DNA of 64,000 bases from Candidatus Woesearchaeota archaeon (GTDB lineage Archaea > Nanobdellota > Nanobdellia > Woesearchaeales > JACPJR01): the NCBI GenBank assembly GCA_016187565.1, contig JACPJR010000013.1, positions 8,391 through 72,390 on the forward strand, in the 5' to 3' direction. Positions 9,881 to 18,653 of this stretch are shown piece after piece. The stretch's first letter is position 1; each line of letters begins with the position of its first letter. The translations under genes were made by a program, and so were the position numbers. The notes under the pieces were generated by a model. It made no database searches and was not told the DNA's origin. It saw only the letters and a list, made by a program, of their open reading frames with translations.

Positions 9881-10921
9881 CTATTTTTTCTTGAGATGAA
9901 CGTCCAATTGCGGGAAAGGAATTCCAATACCTTGTTTACGAAGTGCCTTGTAGATTAAGGTGTTTGCTTCATCAATTGCTCGAAATCGTTCATTATAGGA
10001 TTGCATCCATATATAGACACGGAAGTTAAGTCCTGACTCCCCCAGACTTCTGAACCGTACCATGTTTTCCTGCGTTTCATCCAGTCCTTGGATTTTTTTA
10101 ATCTCCTGCAGGACAATTTTCTTAACCTTTTCTGGATCTGAACCATACGCTACGGAAAAATCAAGCATTGTTCGGGCTGATAAATCAGGTAAGGCATTAT
10201 TTTGAATAGTTGCTTCAGAGAGTTTTCCATTCGGAATGATAACTACTTCATTATTCCATGTCTGGATTTTTGTACTTCGCATTCCTACATCAAGTACCTT
10301 TCCACTAATTTTACCATCAAGTTCGACAACATCACCAACTTTAATGGACCTATCCATGATCATGGAGATTCCACCGAAGATGTTTCCAAGCGTATTTTGC
10401 ATTGCAAAGGCAACAGCAATACCCGCAATACCTAAACTTGCCAAAAGTGGACCTATCTCAATTCCCCAGAGATCCAGAATGATCATGACACCAATAAGGA
10501 AAAAAAGTACGGTTGATGCACGATGAAGCAATTTAATAACTTGTTCGTCAACAGCAGATTTTGTCCGCTTTGCCCACTGCTCTCCCCAATGATCAATAAA
10601 GATCGTCACAACAATGTGGGTAATGTAGATAGAAATAAACACGATGAGAAAATAAATGCTCTTAATAACAATGCTTTCCCACGGCTGGGTAATAGGAAGA
10701 TCAACAATAGATAACCGCAATCCAACCACTATCAGGAGCAATGAGATAGGTCGATCAGTATGTTTGATGATGAGATCATCGAGTGATGTTTGTGTTTTCT
10801 TTGCAAGACGCAAAAGAATATGTTCTGAGAACAGGATGAGTAATTTAGAGATAATAACAAACACTAAGAGAATGAGAATAGATTTGAGATAGATATGGTT
10901 AACGAGCAATTCCTGAGGCAT
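9881..10921 (-). CDS. Small-conductance mechanosensitive channel (MscS family)
   Basis: 346 aa with N-terminal TM helices, then NIFGGISMIMDRSIKVGDVVELDG...GKVLDVGMRSTKIQTWNNEVVIIPNG, typical of MscS. Confidence 0.9.
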   Translation of the reverse strand: MPQELLVNHIYLKSILILLVFVIISKLLILFSEHILLRLAKKTQTSLDDLIIKHTDRPISLLLIVVGLRLSIVDLPITQPWESIVIKSIYFLIVFISIYITHIVVTIFIDHWGEQWAKRTKSAVDEQVIKLLHRASTVLFFLIGVMIILDLWGIEIGPLLASLGIAGIAVAFAMQNTLGNIFGGISMIMDRSIKVGDVVELDGKISGKVLDVGMRSTKIQTWNNEVVIIPNGKLSEATIQNNALPDLSARTMLDFSVAYGSDPEKVKKIVLQEIKKIQGLDETQENMVRFRSLGESGLNFRVYIWMQSYNERFRAIDEANTLIYKALRKQGIGIPFPQLDVHLKKK

Positions 10922-11000
10922 ACTACCATGAAATCCGAGGGTTATTTATAACTTTAGCATAACTCGTAAGGAGTAAAAAACAAAGATGAAGAACAACATT

Positions 11001-11219
11001 TTATTTCTTTGCAGCTAGTCGAATATCTTCTTCATGAATTGTTTTTCGTCCAGAATGCTTTGCAATCTCCCAGGCACGTTTTCCAATATCTTCGGCAATA
11101 TCAGTAACAATACTCGCAAAGACCTCAAGTGATGCTTGGCTTACTCGTTTAGCACCTGCGTTCTGTAAAATCCTTCCCATCGGAGCATAAGGAATAACAT
11201 TTGCACGTTTTTGGGTCAT
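11001..11219 (-). CDS. Archaeal histone (HMf family)
   Basis: 72 aa histone fold (PMGRILQNAGAKRVSQASLEVFASIVTDIAEDIGKRAWEIAKHSGRKTIHEEDIRLA). Strong GGAGGTGG SD upstream. Confidence 0.92.
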   Translation of the reverse strand: MTQKRANVIPYAPMGRILQNAGAKRVSQASLEVFASIVTDIAEDIGKRAWEIAKHSGRKTIHEEDIRLAAKK

Positions 11220-11305
11220 GTAACCACCTCCTGACTCTATAAACGGTTATACGAACATACATAACTGTCTTTTCTTATATAAATAGACTATGCATATAAA
11301 TGTTT

Positions 11306-11971
11306 CTAATAGCCATAGGCACCTTTCAGGGGAACAAAAGAAAAATCTCCTAATGTCTTTTCGTGATACCTGTTTTTTTGCTTGGTAATCTTTAAGAGTA
11401 CCTGGTGAAAGAGGCCGCCGACGGGAATAAGTAATATGCCTTTTTGTGCTAACTGCTCCGTGAGTGGCTGAGGCACGTGGGGCGCTGCTGCAGTGACCAT
11501 AACACGGTCATAGGGCTGTTCTTGCCTATATCCCAATGTTCCATCGCCCTCAATAACCTTTACATTCTTGATACCAGCTTTTTCTAAATTCGCTTTGGCA
11601 AAAGAAACTAAATAAGGAATGCGCTCAATCGTGTAAATCATTCCAGCGTTACCGACCAAAGCACTCAAGAGTGCAGCCTGATAGCCTGATCCTGCACCAA
11701 TCTCAAGAATCTTCTGGCCTTTTTTTACTTCTAATGCCTGGGTCATCATCATGACCGTGGTTGGTTGTGAGATGGTTTGGTCCTGCCCAATGGGTAAGGG
11801 ATAATCTTCATACGAACGATCCTTATGTTCGGGTAAGACAAAAAGCTCACGTCGAACTTTTTGAAACGCGTCTAACACATGCTCATCGGTAATAATATGA
11901 TGGTCCTTCCAATAACGCAACAGTGCTGCTTTCTTGGTTTTCAAATATTCGGTTTTCCGATTCAGATTCAC
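11306..11971 (-). CDS. pcm: Protein-L-isoaspartate O-methyltransferase
   Basis: QTISQPTTVMMM and ILEIGAGSGYQAA SAM-binding motifs. Only a GTG start is available at 11971, so the exact start is uncertain. Confidence 0.88.
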   Translation of the reverse strand: MNLNRKTEYLKTKKAALLRYWKDHHIITDEHVLDAFQKVRRELFVLPEHKDRSYEDYPLPIGQDQTISQPTTVMMMTQALEVKKGQKILEIGAGSGYQAALLSALVGNAGMIYTIERIPYLVSFAKANLEKAGIKNVKVIEGDGTLGYRQEQPYDRVMVTAAAPHVPQPLTEQLAQKGILLIPVGGLFHQVLLKITKQKNRYHEKTLGDFSFVPLKGAYGY

Positions 11972-12045
11972 CTACCGAGATAAGGTAATAAACTATTAAA
12001 AACTTATGTACAAGATTTATATAGAAGCGCTTCTTTGGTAGGGGT

Positions 12046-12591
12046 ATGCAGTATGAACTTGAAGAGGTTAAAGAGTTACGAAAGAAATATGGCCTAACCC
12101 AAGCTTCTTTTGCAAAGCTTGCCGGGGTAAGTCAATCACTCATTGCAAAAATAGAAGCAAAGAGTATTGATCCCACGTACAGTAAAGTACAACAAATATT
12201 CAAAGCGATTGAGGAGCTCCAGAAGCACCATGAATTGGCAGCAGAGGAGGTCATGCAAAAGAAGATTATTCTTGTTCATCCACACGATAGTCTCAAAGAG
12301 ACCATTCAGAAAATGAAAAAATATGAGATTTCACAATTACCGGTTATTGACGAGCAAAAAGTGGTTGGTCTTATCTCAGAAGCATCCATCTTAAGTGCAT
12401 TTGTGGAGGGAAAAGGAGAGGTACCTATCCAAGAAGTCATGGGAGAAGCTCCTCCGATTATTGGAAAGAGATCACCTATTCATATCGTGGTAAGTCTCTT
12501 GAAATACTATCCCCTTATCCTGGTGGCAGACGGAGGAAAGCTTGAAGGACTGATTACCAAAGCTGATGTTATTAGAAATATGTACGCCTAG
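12046..12591 (+). CDS. XRE-type HTH plus CBS-pair domain transcriptional regulator
   Basis: N-terminal LRKKYGLTQASFAKLAGVSQSLIAKIE HTH, followed by two CBS repeats (ISQLPVIDEQKVVGLISE; LVADGGKLEGLITKADV). Confidence 0.85.
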   Translation: MQYELEEVKELRKKYGLTQASFAKLAGVSQSLIAKIEAKSIDPTYSKVQQIFKAIEELQKHHELAAEEVMQKKIILVHPHDSLKETIQKMKKYEISQLPVIDEQKVVGLISEASILSAFVEGKGEVPIQEVMGEAPPIIGKRSPIHIVVSLLKYYPLILVADGGKLEGLITKADVIRNMYA

Positions 12592-12614
12592 TGGATAGAA
12601 TAGTAAGAAAAGAA

Positions 12615-12770
12615 TCAGGAGAACTCTGGTAAATCCTCTTCAAAACCACAATGTGTACAGATGATTTTCTTCCCCGCATACATCAGTGTCAGATTTCCAC
12701 AGCGTGGACATTCTTTGACTACTGAAGTCTTACGGAGTTTTTCAGTAAAGTCTGTCAAGCTGTCTTTCAT
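12615..12770 (-). CDS. Small zinc-ribbon protein (51 aa), not in the ORF track
   Basis: Hand translation gives MKDSLTDFTEKLRKTSVVKECPRCGNLTLMYAGKKIICTHCGFEEDLPEFS, with CPRC-x13-CTHC. It lies 20 nt downstream of polB on the same strand. Confidence 0.5.
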   Translation of the reverse strand: MKDSLTDFTEKLRKTSVVKECPRCGNLTLMYAGKKIICTHCGFEEDLPEFS

Positions 12771-12790
12771 GGTTCATCACCGTTATGAAT

Positions 12791-15253
12791 TTATGGCGCA
12801 AAAAAAACATCAAGCTTTTTTTGTTTGGTTTTTTGGGTAAGTTGATCTTTTTCATAGCCAAGTGCTTCAAATATCCGTTCTACTGAAGGCATAATTTGGT
12901 TATTGATATAGTATTCTGCATCATAATCTTTTGCTTTTGCTTCATGAGGTAACCGTGCTCGATCACGGATTTTTTCTGTTCCTTTTATAATCACATACTG
13001 AATCATAGATCCGGGAGTAACGGGCATTCCCTGTTCTTCCATTCGTCGTGCAGCAGCAACATGTGGGCCAATTTGATCATACGTATGAAGTGGTTTTTGA
13101 ATCTGGGTTCGCATAATCACCTTCTCGAGAGGAATTGCTTTTTTCTGAAGATCATGAATAATACCTTGGACATACTTCAGTGCTTTCTCTGTACTTTTTT
13201 CCTTGAGAATAATAGCAATAACCTTCTCTTGTACTTCCTTTGCGATAGGGCTCCAGTTTCTTCTTACTAGTTCAAAGCCCCTGATTTTAATAGTATTGTC
13301 TTCGCGAAGCAATGCATATTTTTTCTTTGCTCCGGCATCTCCCATCTTTAGGGAAACAAAAATTCCTGCAGGATAATGTCCTTCAAGGTCAAGTTCCATA
13401 ATCCCAGGAAGGTCCTTATTAACAGCATCTTGGAATACCAAAGCGTCCTTGAGTTTTTTACCAGAGAGTGTGAGAAAAATACTATCGGTATCTGAATAAA
13501 TGGTTTGAAATCCATTTTTTGTTGCTGTTTCAATGACCTGGTGGATATAATGCCTTCCATACGCAGCAATACAACGAGAACATTCCAAGCTATACCACCG
13601 TGATGCATAAAAACCAAAATAACCATAGAATGAATTTGCCAAAAGCTTAAGCCCCTGCGAACGGGCCTCAAGGAATTTTTTCCCTTGCTCATCCTTTGTT
13701 TTTTTCATTAGTTCCTTAATATGTGATCTTCTCATAATAATATCCTCAATAACCGTCGAAAGAAATCCCTTACGTTTTTTACAAAACCAGTAATGCTCAT
13801 CAGAGAGAGGAACGGGTTTTGCAGTTTCTTTACAGCATGCACAACAAAATGTTTCTGGGGAAATATTGTGTGAAGCGATAATGGTTGGATACAAACTCCT
13901 GAAATCAAAAACCACAAGGTCATTATGTAATCCTGGTTTTGGTTCGAGGACAAAAGCTCCTTGAAATGTTTTTTTCATGCGTTCCTTGACAAGATCATGC
14001 TCTGGCTTGTTATACGCAATTTCCTGAAACACAAATGCTTGACGAAGAACATACCACTCGACAAGTTGGCTAAAGGACATTCTTGTCACATCATCCATCG
14101 GTTGGCCAATAATTTTAACAAATTCAACCATTGATGGCATTAATTCTTGGGCTAAACGGTAGGTTAGCTGTGCATCATGAAGGTTGTATTCACAATATGC
14201 TTCAATCTGGGAAGATCCCTTATCCCAAATTTCCGCAAATCCCCCAATATCAACTTCTTTTTTTTTATCGCCGAGCAATTCTGCTGCAACAGCGTTGAGA
14301 TCATAGCTATCAGTCTCAAGTGTTGTACGCAAAACATTACGGATAAAGGTAAGGATATCAAGATGAACAATACCCGTTACTTGAACAGTTTCTCTGGTTT
14401 TATCAAGAGATGGAGTAGAGTAATCCAAACCAAGTGTCAGAGGAATTTTGTGTTTTTCAGCACGCTGTAAGATATAAGGAAAATCAAAGCCCTCAGAATA
14501 ATAGCCACAAAGGAGATCTGGCTGAAATTCTTCAATGAGAGCGATAAATCGTTTGAGGAGCTCTGCTTCATCCTTCACAAATTCGATAAAGGAATGCTTG
14601 GTTCTAAACTGTTTCCAGCATAAGACTTTTTGGAAATTGTTGCCATAAAGAGCGATGGTCAAGATAGGATTCTTCTTGGGATCATATCCTGTTCCCTTTG
14701 GCCAATAGGTTTCGATATCAAAAGCAAGGACCTTTGATTCGGTAACTGATTCTCCTTTAGGTTTTAATGAGCTCAGCGTAAACACCGGTACCTTTGCTTT
14801 TTCTTCCCGTGGCTCAACATGAACTTCTACCTCAGTAAGAGGAATGATCCCCTTATCAATACAGTATCGTCGGGTAAAAAGGATATCCGCTTCATGAACT
14901 GAAGTACCCGGTAAGGCAGCAATAGCCTCTCGTAAGGGTGGAACATCAGAGGGAATATGAGTAATAACCTGAAAAACTTTCTGTTTTATTCCTTGATAGT
15001 TCCTTTGTATAGACGTAACCTGTGCAGGCGTAACACTTTTTCCATGCTTGTCTACGGTTAGTGATGCAATCTTTTTTTGAAGAAGTTCGCTTTTTTTCTC
15101 ATCTTTTGGAATGACATAGAAATATGGTTGAAAGTTGGGATCAACGCAACAGATCTGCTTCCCAGTATCAGTTTTACCAAAGAGATAGATCAGCGGCTTG
15201 TTATCAACTACCTTATACGTGATCGTGTAGGGGAAAAAATGAAGGACAGGCAT
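12791..15253 (-). CDS. polB: DNA polymerase, family B
   Basis: 820 aa with Exo I FDIET, Pol motif A DFRSLYPTII, motif B KLLANSFYGYFG and motif C YSDTDSIF. No intein is evident. Confidence 0.96.
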   Translation of the reverse strand: MPVLHFFPYTITYKVVDNKPLIYLFGKTDTGKQICCVDPNFQPYFYVIPKDEKKSELLQKKIASLTVDKHGKSVTPAQVTSIQRNYQGIKQKVFQVITHIPSDVPPLREAIAALPGTSVHEADILFTRRYCIDKGIIPLTEVEVHVEPREEKAKVPVFTLSSLKPKGESVTESKVLAFDIETYWPKGTGYDPKKNPILTIALYGNNFQKVLCWKQFRTKHSFIEFVKDEAELLKRFIALIEEFQPDLLCGYYSEGFDFPYILQRAEKHKIPLTLGLDYSTPSLDKTRETVQVTGIVHLDILTFIRNVLRTTLETDSYDLNAVAAELLGDKKKEVDIGGFAEIWDKGSSQIEAYCEYNLHDAQLTYRLAQELMPSMVEFVKIIGQPMDDVTRMSFSQLVEWYVLRQAFVFQEIAYNKPEHDLVKERMKKTFQGAFVLEPKPGLHNDLVVFDFRSLYPTIIASHNISPETFCCACCKETAKPVPLSDEHYWFCKKRKGFLSTVIEDIIMRRSHIKELMKKTKDEQGKKFLEARSQGLKLLANSFYGYFGFYASRWYSLECSRCIAAYGRHYIHQVIETATKNGFQTIYSDTDSIFLTLSGKKLKDALVFQDAVNKDLPGIMELDLEGHYPAGIFVSLKMGDAGAKKKYALLREDNTIKIRGFELVRRNWSPIAKEVQEKVIAIILKEKSTEKALKYVQGIIHDLQKKAIPLEKVIMRTQIQKPLHTYDQIGPHVAAARRMEEQGMPVTPGSMIQYVIIKGTEKIRDRARLPHEAKAKDYDAEYYINNQIMPSVERIFEALGYEKDQLTQKTKQKKLDVFFAP

Positions 15254-15371
15254 AGCTCACTAAAAAGCTTGAATGTATTTAAACTTTGTTACGAAAAGTG
15301 AAGTAAATCTTTTGTCATTATAGTGCCAGAAAAGCACAATGTTTAAAAAGCAGTGATTGTTTTGCTATTCT

Positions 15372-16784
15372 ATGGTTGAAGAGCTCAATCCTTATGATGC
15401 TATTAGCCCACTTGATTTCCGTTATTACTTACCTAATAAAAAATTGTACGATAAATTACATCCGTATCTTTCTGAGGAAGCCTTTGTGCACTACCAACTA
15501 AAGGTAGAGGTAGCGATTACTAAAGCACTGGCAAAACAAAGAATTTGTAGTCAACAGATTGCTCGTGAAGTAGAGCAAGCAGCACATCAGGTTACGGCAA
15601 AAGAGGTCTATGCAGAAGACGCAAAAATCCATCACTATACCAGAGCATTGGCAAATTGTCTAAGGAACAAGGTTTCTGCTGCAGCAAAGCCCTATGTGCA
15701 TTTCACTGCCACGTCCTTTGATATCTTTGACACTGCAAATGCCTTACGCTATCGTGATGTTGTCCAAAAAGTAGTCATTCCTGACCTTGGAGAGCTTGAA
15801 AAAACATTGATCGATATTGCACGGCGGGAAAAAAATACCTTGCAAATTGGAAGAACTCATGGACAGCATGCCGTACCCATTACCTTTGGATTCGCACTTT
15901 CGGAATATGTCGCTCGTTTCGGGAACAGTATTCTGAAATTACGGGAAGCAAGTAAAAATCTCCGGGGAAAGATGGCAGGTGCAGTTGGCGCATATAACGC
16001 ACAATCATTATTTTTTAGTGATCCATTAGCATTTGAAAAGGAAGTTTTAGCTGAGCTTGATCTCAAACCCGGTTCGTGCGCGACACAGATTGTCGAACCA
16101 GAGTATGTCATGGAACTGATGCATGGCATTATTGCTGCATTTGGTGTTCTTGCAAATCTGGCAGATGATATGCGTCATTTACAACGGAGTGAAATTGCCG
16201 AGGTTGCGGAAAAGTTTGACAGCAAACAGGTCGGTAGTAGTACCATGCCACATAAGCGAAATCCATGGAACTTCGAGAACATTAAAAGTATGTATAAAAC
16301 CTTTATGCCACGGATGATGACCTGTTATTTAGATCAGATCAGCGAGCACCAACGTGACTTAAGCAACAGTGCATCATCACGCTTCTATCCTGAAATGATT
16401 GCTGGTTTTGTGGAATCTGTCAATCGTATGCATGGTCTTATGAACCGTCTTGTTGTTGATATCACAGCTATGGAACGAAATCTGAGTATGCATAAACAAA
16501 TGGTTATTGCAGAGCCATTGTATCTTCTCTTAGCAGCCCATGACCATCCAGATGCTCATGAAGTTGTACGAGAATTAACACTCAAAGCCCAAAAGACAGG
16601 CAAGTCTCTAATGGTTTTGGTGAGAGCAGATCCTTCATTACAACCCTACGTGAAAAAGTTTACCAAAGAGCAAAAGTTACTTTTAGAACATCCAGAACGA
16701 TATGTAGGGATGGCCCCAAAAAAGACAGAACTCGTCTGTAACGAATGGGAACAAAAGTTATTTTTAGCACAGAAAAGCTTATAA
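15372..16784 (+). CDS. purB: Adenylosuccinate lyase
   Basis: Fumarate-lyase signature GSSTMPHKRNP. The track start at 15357 is TTG; the first ATG is at 15372. Confidence 0.93.
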   Translation: MVEELNPYDAISPLDFRYYLPNKKLYDKLHPYLSEEAFVHYQLKVEVAITKALAKQRICSQQIAREVEQAAHQVTAKEVYAEDAKIHHYTRALANCLRNKVSAAAKPYVHFTATSFDIFDTANALRYRDVVQKVVIPDLGELEKTLIDIARREKNTLQIGRTHGQHAVPITFGFALSEYVARFGNSILKLREASKNLRGKMAGAVGAYNAQSLFFSDPLAFEKEVLAELDLKPGSCATQIVEPEYVMELMHGIIAAFGVLANLADDMRHLQRSEIAEVAEKFDSKQVGSSTMPHKRNPWNFENIKSMYKTFMPRMMTCYLDQISEHQRDLSNSASSRFYPEMIAGFVESVNRMHGLMNRLVVDITAMERNLSMHKQMVIAEPLYLLLAAHDHPDAHEVVRELTLKAQKTGKSLMVLVRADPSLQPYVKKFTKEQKLLLEHPERYVGMAPKKTELVCNEWEQKLFLAQKSL

Positions 16785-16810
16785 ACGATCTTGGAATTCT
16801 CCAACCGTAT

Positions 16811-16901
16811 GCCCCGGTAGCTTAGTTGGTAGAGCGTGCGGCTGTTATCCTCGTAAAGGAAAGAAACCGCAAGGTCACCAGTTCGAGTCTGGTCCGGGGC
16901 G
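16811..16901 (+). tRNA. tRNA-Asn (GTT) with an 18-nt canonical intron after position 37
   Basis: Acceptor GCCCCGG/CCGGGGC, D arm GCTTAGTTGGTAGAGC, anticodon stem TGCGG/CCGCA with loop CTGTTA[TCCTCGTAAAGGAAAGAA]A, T arm ACCAGTTCGAGTCTGGT. Confidence 0.9.
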
Positions 16902-16910
16902 CTTTTTTCT
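16902..16910 (+). terminator. Oligo-T tract after tRNA-Asn
   Basis: CTTTTTTCT lies immediately 3' of the tRNA. Archaeal terminators are oligo-T runs. Confidence 0.4.
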
Positions 16911-16911
16911 C

Positions 16912-17244
16912 TCACGCTTTAAGTAAATGCTGGACTTTCTTGAATCCTTCGTCTAAGGCTAGAAACAAATTACGTTCTGTAACTACGACGCTAGAAACCT
17001 TTCCTCTGTTAAGGATACGAAAGTGTAGTTCATAGATCTGCGATTTTTCCCGTTCATGGACATTTTTCTTAGTAATGACTACTTGCTCGAGCGTGTTACA
17101 ATGTTTCACCAGTTTTTTAGTATGGGTAATCGATCTTTTCGTGAGCAGATCAAACTCAGCAGGTTCAAGATCATGAAAACCAACAAGTTCTACCTTTTCT
17201 TCGCTCATTGCTTTTTTTTGATCAACCGCATCTGAAGGAACCAT
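16912..17244 (-). CDS. Hypothetical protein, possible HPF/RaiA-like fold
   Basis: 110 aa with ATG preceded by GAGGTGA. The predicted beta-alpha-beta-beta-beta-alpha layout and the C-terminal ERNLFLALDEGFKKVQHLL resemble the DMYAAID...KLERQL helix of ribosome hibernation factors. The similarity is weak. Confidence 0.6.
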   Translation of the reverse strand: MVPSDAVDQKKAMSEEKVELVGFHDLEPAEFDLLTKRSITHTKKLVKHCNTLEQVVITKKNVHEREKSQIYELHFRILNRGKVSSVVVTERNLFLALDEGFKKVQHLLKA

Positions 17245-17281
17245 AGTCTCACCTCATCCAGATCCCCATTTTCAAGGCAAA

Positions 17282-17376
17282 CTATAATAGAGGACAATAG
17301 TATTTACTATGTTTTTCCTCTATTATATACTAGAAAACCTAACAAATAATATTAAAAATGTAGGTTTTCTATTATA
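17282..17376 (+). repeat. About 95-nt double-hairpin repeat, copy A (MITE/PATE-like)
   Basis: Near-identical to 32702-32797 (one substitution, one T indel). Two 11-bp stems, ATAATAGAGGA/TCCTCTATTAT and TAGAAAACCTA/TAGGTTTTCTA. The ends TATAATAGA...TCTATTATA are inverted. Confidence 0.85.
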
Positions 17377-17473
17377 TTTATCAGGCAGTCACTCTTAATA
17401 AATGTTTTGCATCAAGTTTTTGCTTGAAAGATATCTTTTACAAACATCGAAAATACAAACATCGAATATTTAA

Positions 17474-17482
17474 GAGAAAAAA
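17474..17482 (-). terminator. Oligo-T tract after 5S rRNA
   Basis: On the minus strand the 5S 3' end is followed by TTTTTTCTC. Confidence 0.4.
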
Positions 17483-17598
17483 GGTGACAGCTTCCCATGT
17501 TTCCCGTACGTAAGTACAGTACCACATGGAACGGAGGCCTGCTTGACTGCCGTGTTCGGAATGGGAACGGGTAGAGCCAGACCCCTATGGCCGTCTAA
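17483..17598 (-). rRNA. rrf: 5S ribosomal RNA, unlinked to 16S/23S
   Basis: Minus strand reads TTAGACGGCCATAGGGGTCTGGCTCTACCCGTTCCCATTCCGAACACGGCAGTCAAGC...GGGAAGCTGTCACC. It has the conserved CCCATTCCGAACACGG-AGTCAAGC core and helix I GACGGC/GCTGTC. Ends are accurate to within a few nt. Confidence 0.88.
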
Positions 17599-17616
17599 TA
17601 CGTGGAAAGTACACCC

Positions 17617-17626
17617 TATTTATAAA
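17617..17626 (-). promoter_or_regulatory. TATA box for 5S rRNA
   Basis: Minus strand TTTATAAATA lies about 20-28 nt upstream of the predicted 5S 5' end. Confidence 0.45.
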
Positions 17627-17672
17627 GGTTCTGCTTTCACTGTCCCATACTCGGTGTTAGAGTTCAAGGAAC

Positions 17673-17816
17673 CTATGGTAGCGCTAAAAAGAGCATGATA
17701 AGACCCGATACCATGAGGTAGCCACCGATAAGGAAGCGTAGCAATCCAGGGACAAACAAAATTAATGCACCTGCAATAATGCTTAAAAGTGCAAGTATAA
17801 CTCCTTCTGCAGCCAT
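17673..17816 (-). CDS. Small membrane protein (47 aa), DUF3096-like, not in the ORF track
   Basis: Hand translation gives MAAEGVILALLSIIAGALILFVPGLLRFLIGGYLMVSGLIMLFLALP. Two TM helices. GAGGTGAGAAC SD lies before the ATG. Confidence 0.5.
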   Translation of the reverse strand: MAAEGVILALLSIIAGALILFVPGLLRFLIGGYLMVSGLIMLFLALP

Positions 17817-17982
17817 AGTTCTCACCTCGGTTTTAAATATCTATACTACCAAAGATTAAAGCAAATTCCCCTATAACGGACAAAGGCATTAAACTATATA
17901 AAATAGATGGTTCAAAGGGACATAACCATCACAGAAGCAGACGCCCACAAACTATTTATACCAGTTCTTCCAAGATCATGCC

Positions 17983-18624
17983 ATGAACAATTATCTCATA
18001 ATTTTTCTTGCGGCATTTTCTGCACTTTTCACGATAGTAAGCCCTTTTAGCACAGCCTCGGTATTTTTGACGATTACACGGGGAGACTCAAAGGAAAAAA
18101 GGCTTCACATGGTCAAAAAAGCCTGTATTACCGGTGCCGTCGTGCTTATGGCTTTTGCTATTGCCGGAAGCTCGATTCTTGAGTTTTTCAGCATTACTAT
18201 TGATGCCTTCAAAATAGCAGGAGGTATTATTGTAGGTACGCTCGGCTTTAAGATGGTCTATGCAAAACGAGAACATCTCCATACAGAAAAAGCAAAGAAA
18301 GAGGCTATTGAGAAGGAAGATGTCTCTATTATTCCTTTAGCAATCCCTATGATGACTGGACCAGGAGCAATGACAACGGGAATTGTACTTATGGGAGAAG
18401 CAACAGGACCGGGAGAACAAGGTGCTATTATTTTGGCAATCATTGCCGTGTTCCTCTGTGCTTATCTTATCCTTTCTAAAGCACCATTTGTGGATAAGTA
18501 TCTCGGAGAAACAGGAAGGTTAGTCATTGATAAGATCATGGGTTTAATCGTCCTTGTTGTTGGTGTACAGTTTATCGTTGATGGTATTGGTGCTATTGTT
18601 GGAAGCTGGGCAGCCTTTTGGTAG
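17983..18624 (+). CDS. MarC family (UPF0056) integral membrane protein
   Basis: 213 aa with six hydrophobic segments. The N-terminal FSALFTIVSPFSTASVFL and central IIPLAIPMMTGPGAMTT are typical of MarC. Confidence 0.85.
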   Translation: MNNYLIIFLAAFSALFTIVSPFSTASVFLTITRGDSKEKRLHMVKKACITGAVVLMAFAIAGSSILEFFSITIDAFKIAGGIIVGTLGFKMVYAKREHLHTEKAKKEAIEKEDVSIIPLAIPMMTGPGAMTTGIVLMGEATGPGEQGAIILAIIAVFLCAYLILSKAPFVDKYLGETGRLVIDKIMGLIVLVVGVQFIVDGIGAIVGSWAAFW

Positions 18625-18653
18625 GAGTTCTTTGAGGGTTTTGATTATTTCGA

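Noticed and set aside
16646-16915. 89-aa minus-strand ORF
   Set aside because: It lies antisense to the purB 3' end and runs through tRNA-Asn. Its sequence (DQTRTGDL) is the typical spurious translation of a tRNA.
17439-17466. Tandem 13-nt direct repeat TACAAACATCGAA x2 downstream of 5S rRNA
   Set aside because: Only two copies with no partner elsewhere in the window. It could be replication slippage. It is noted but not interpretable.
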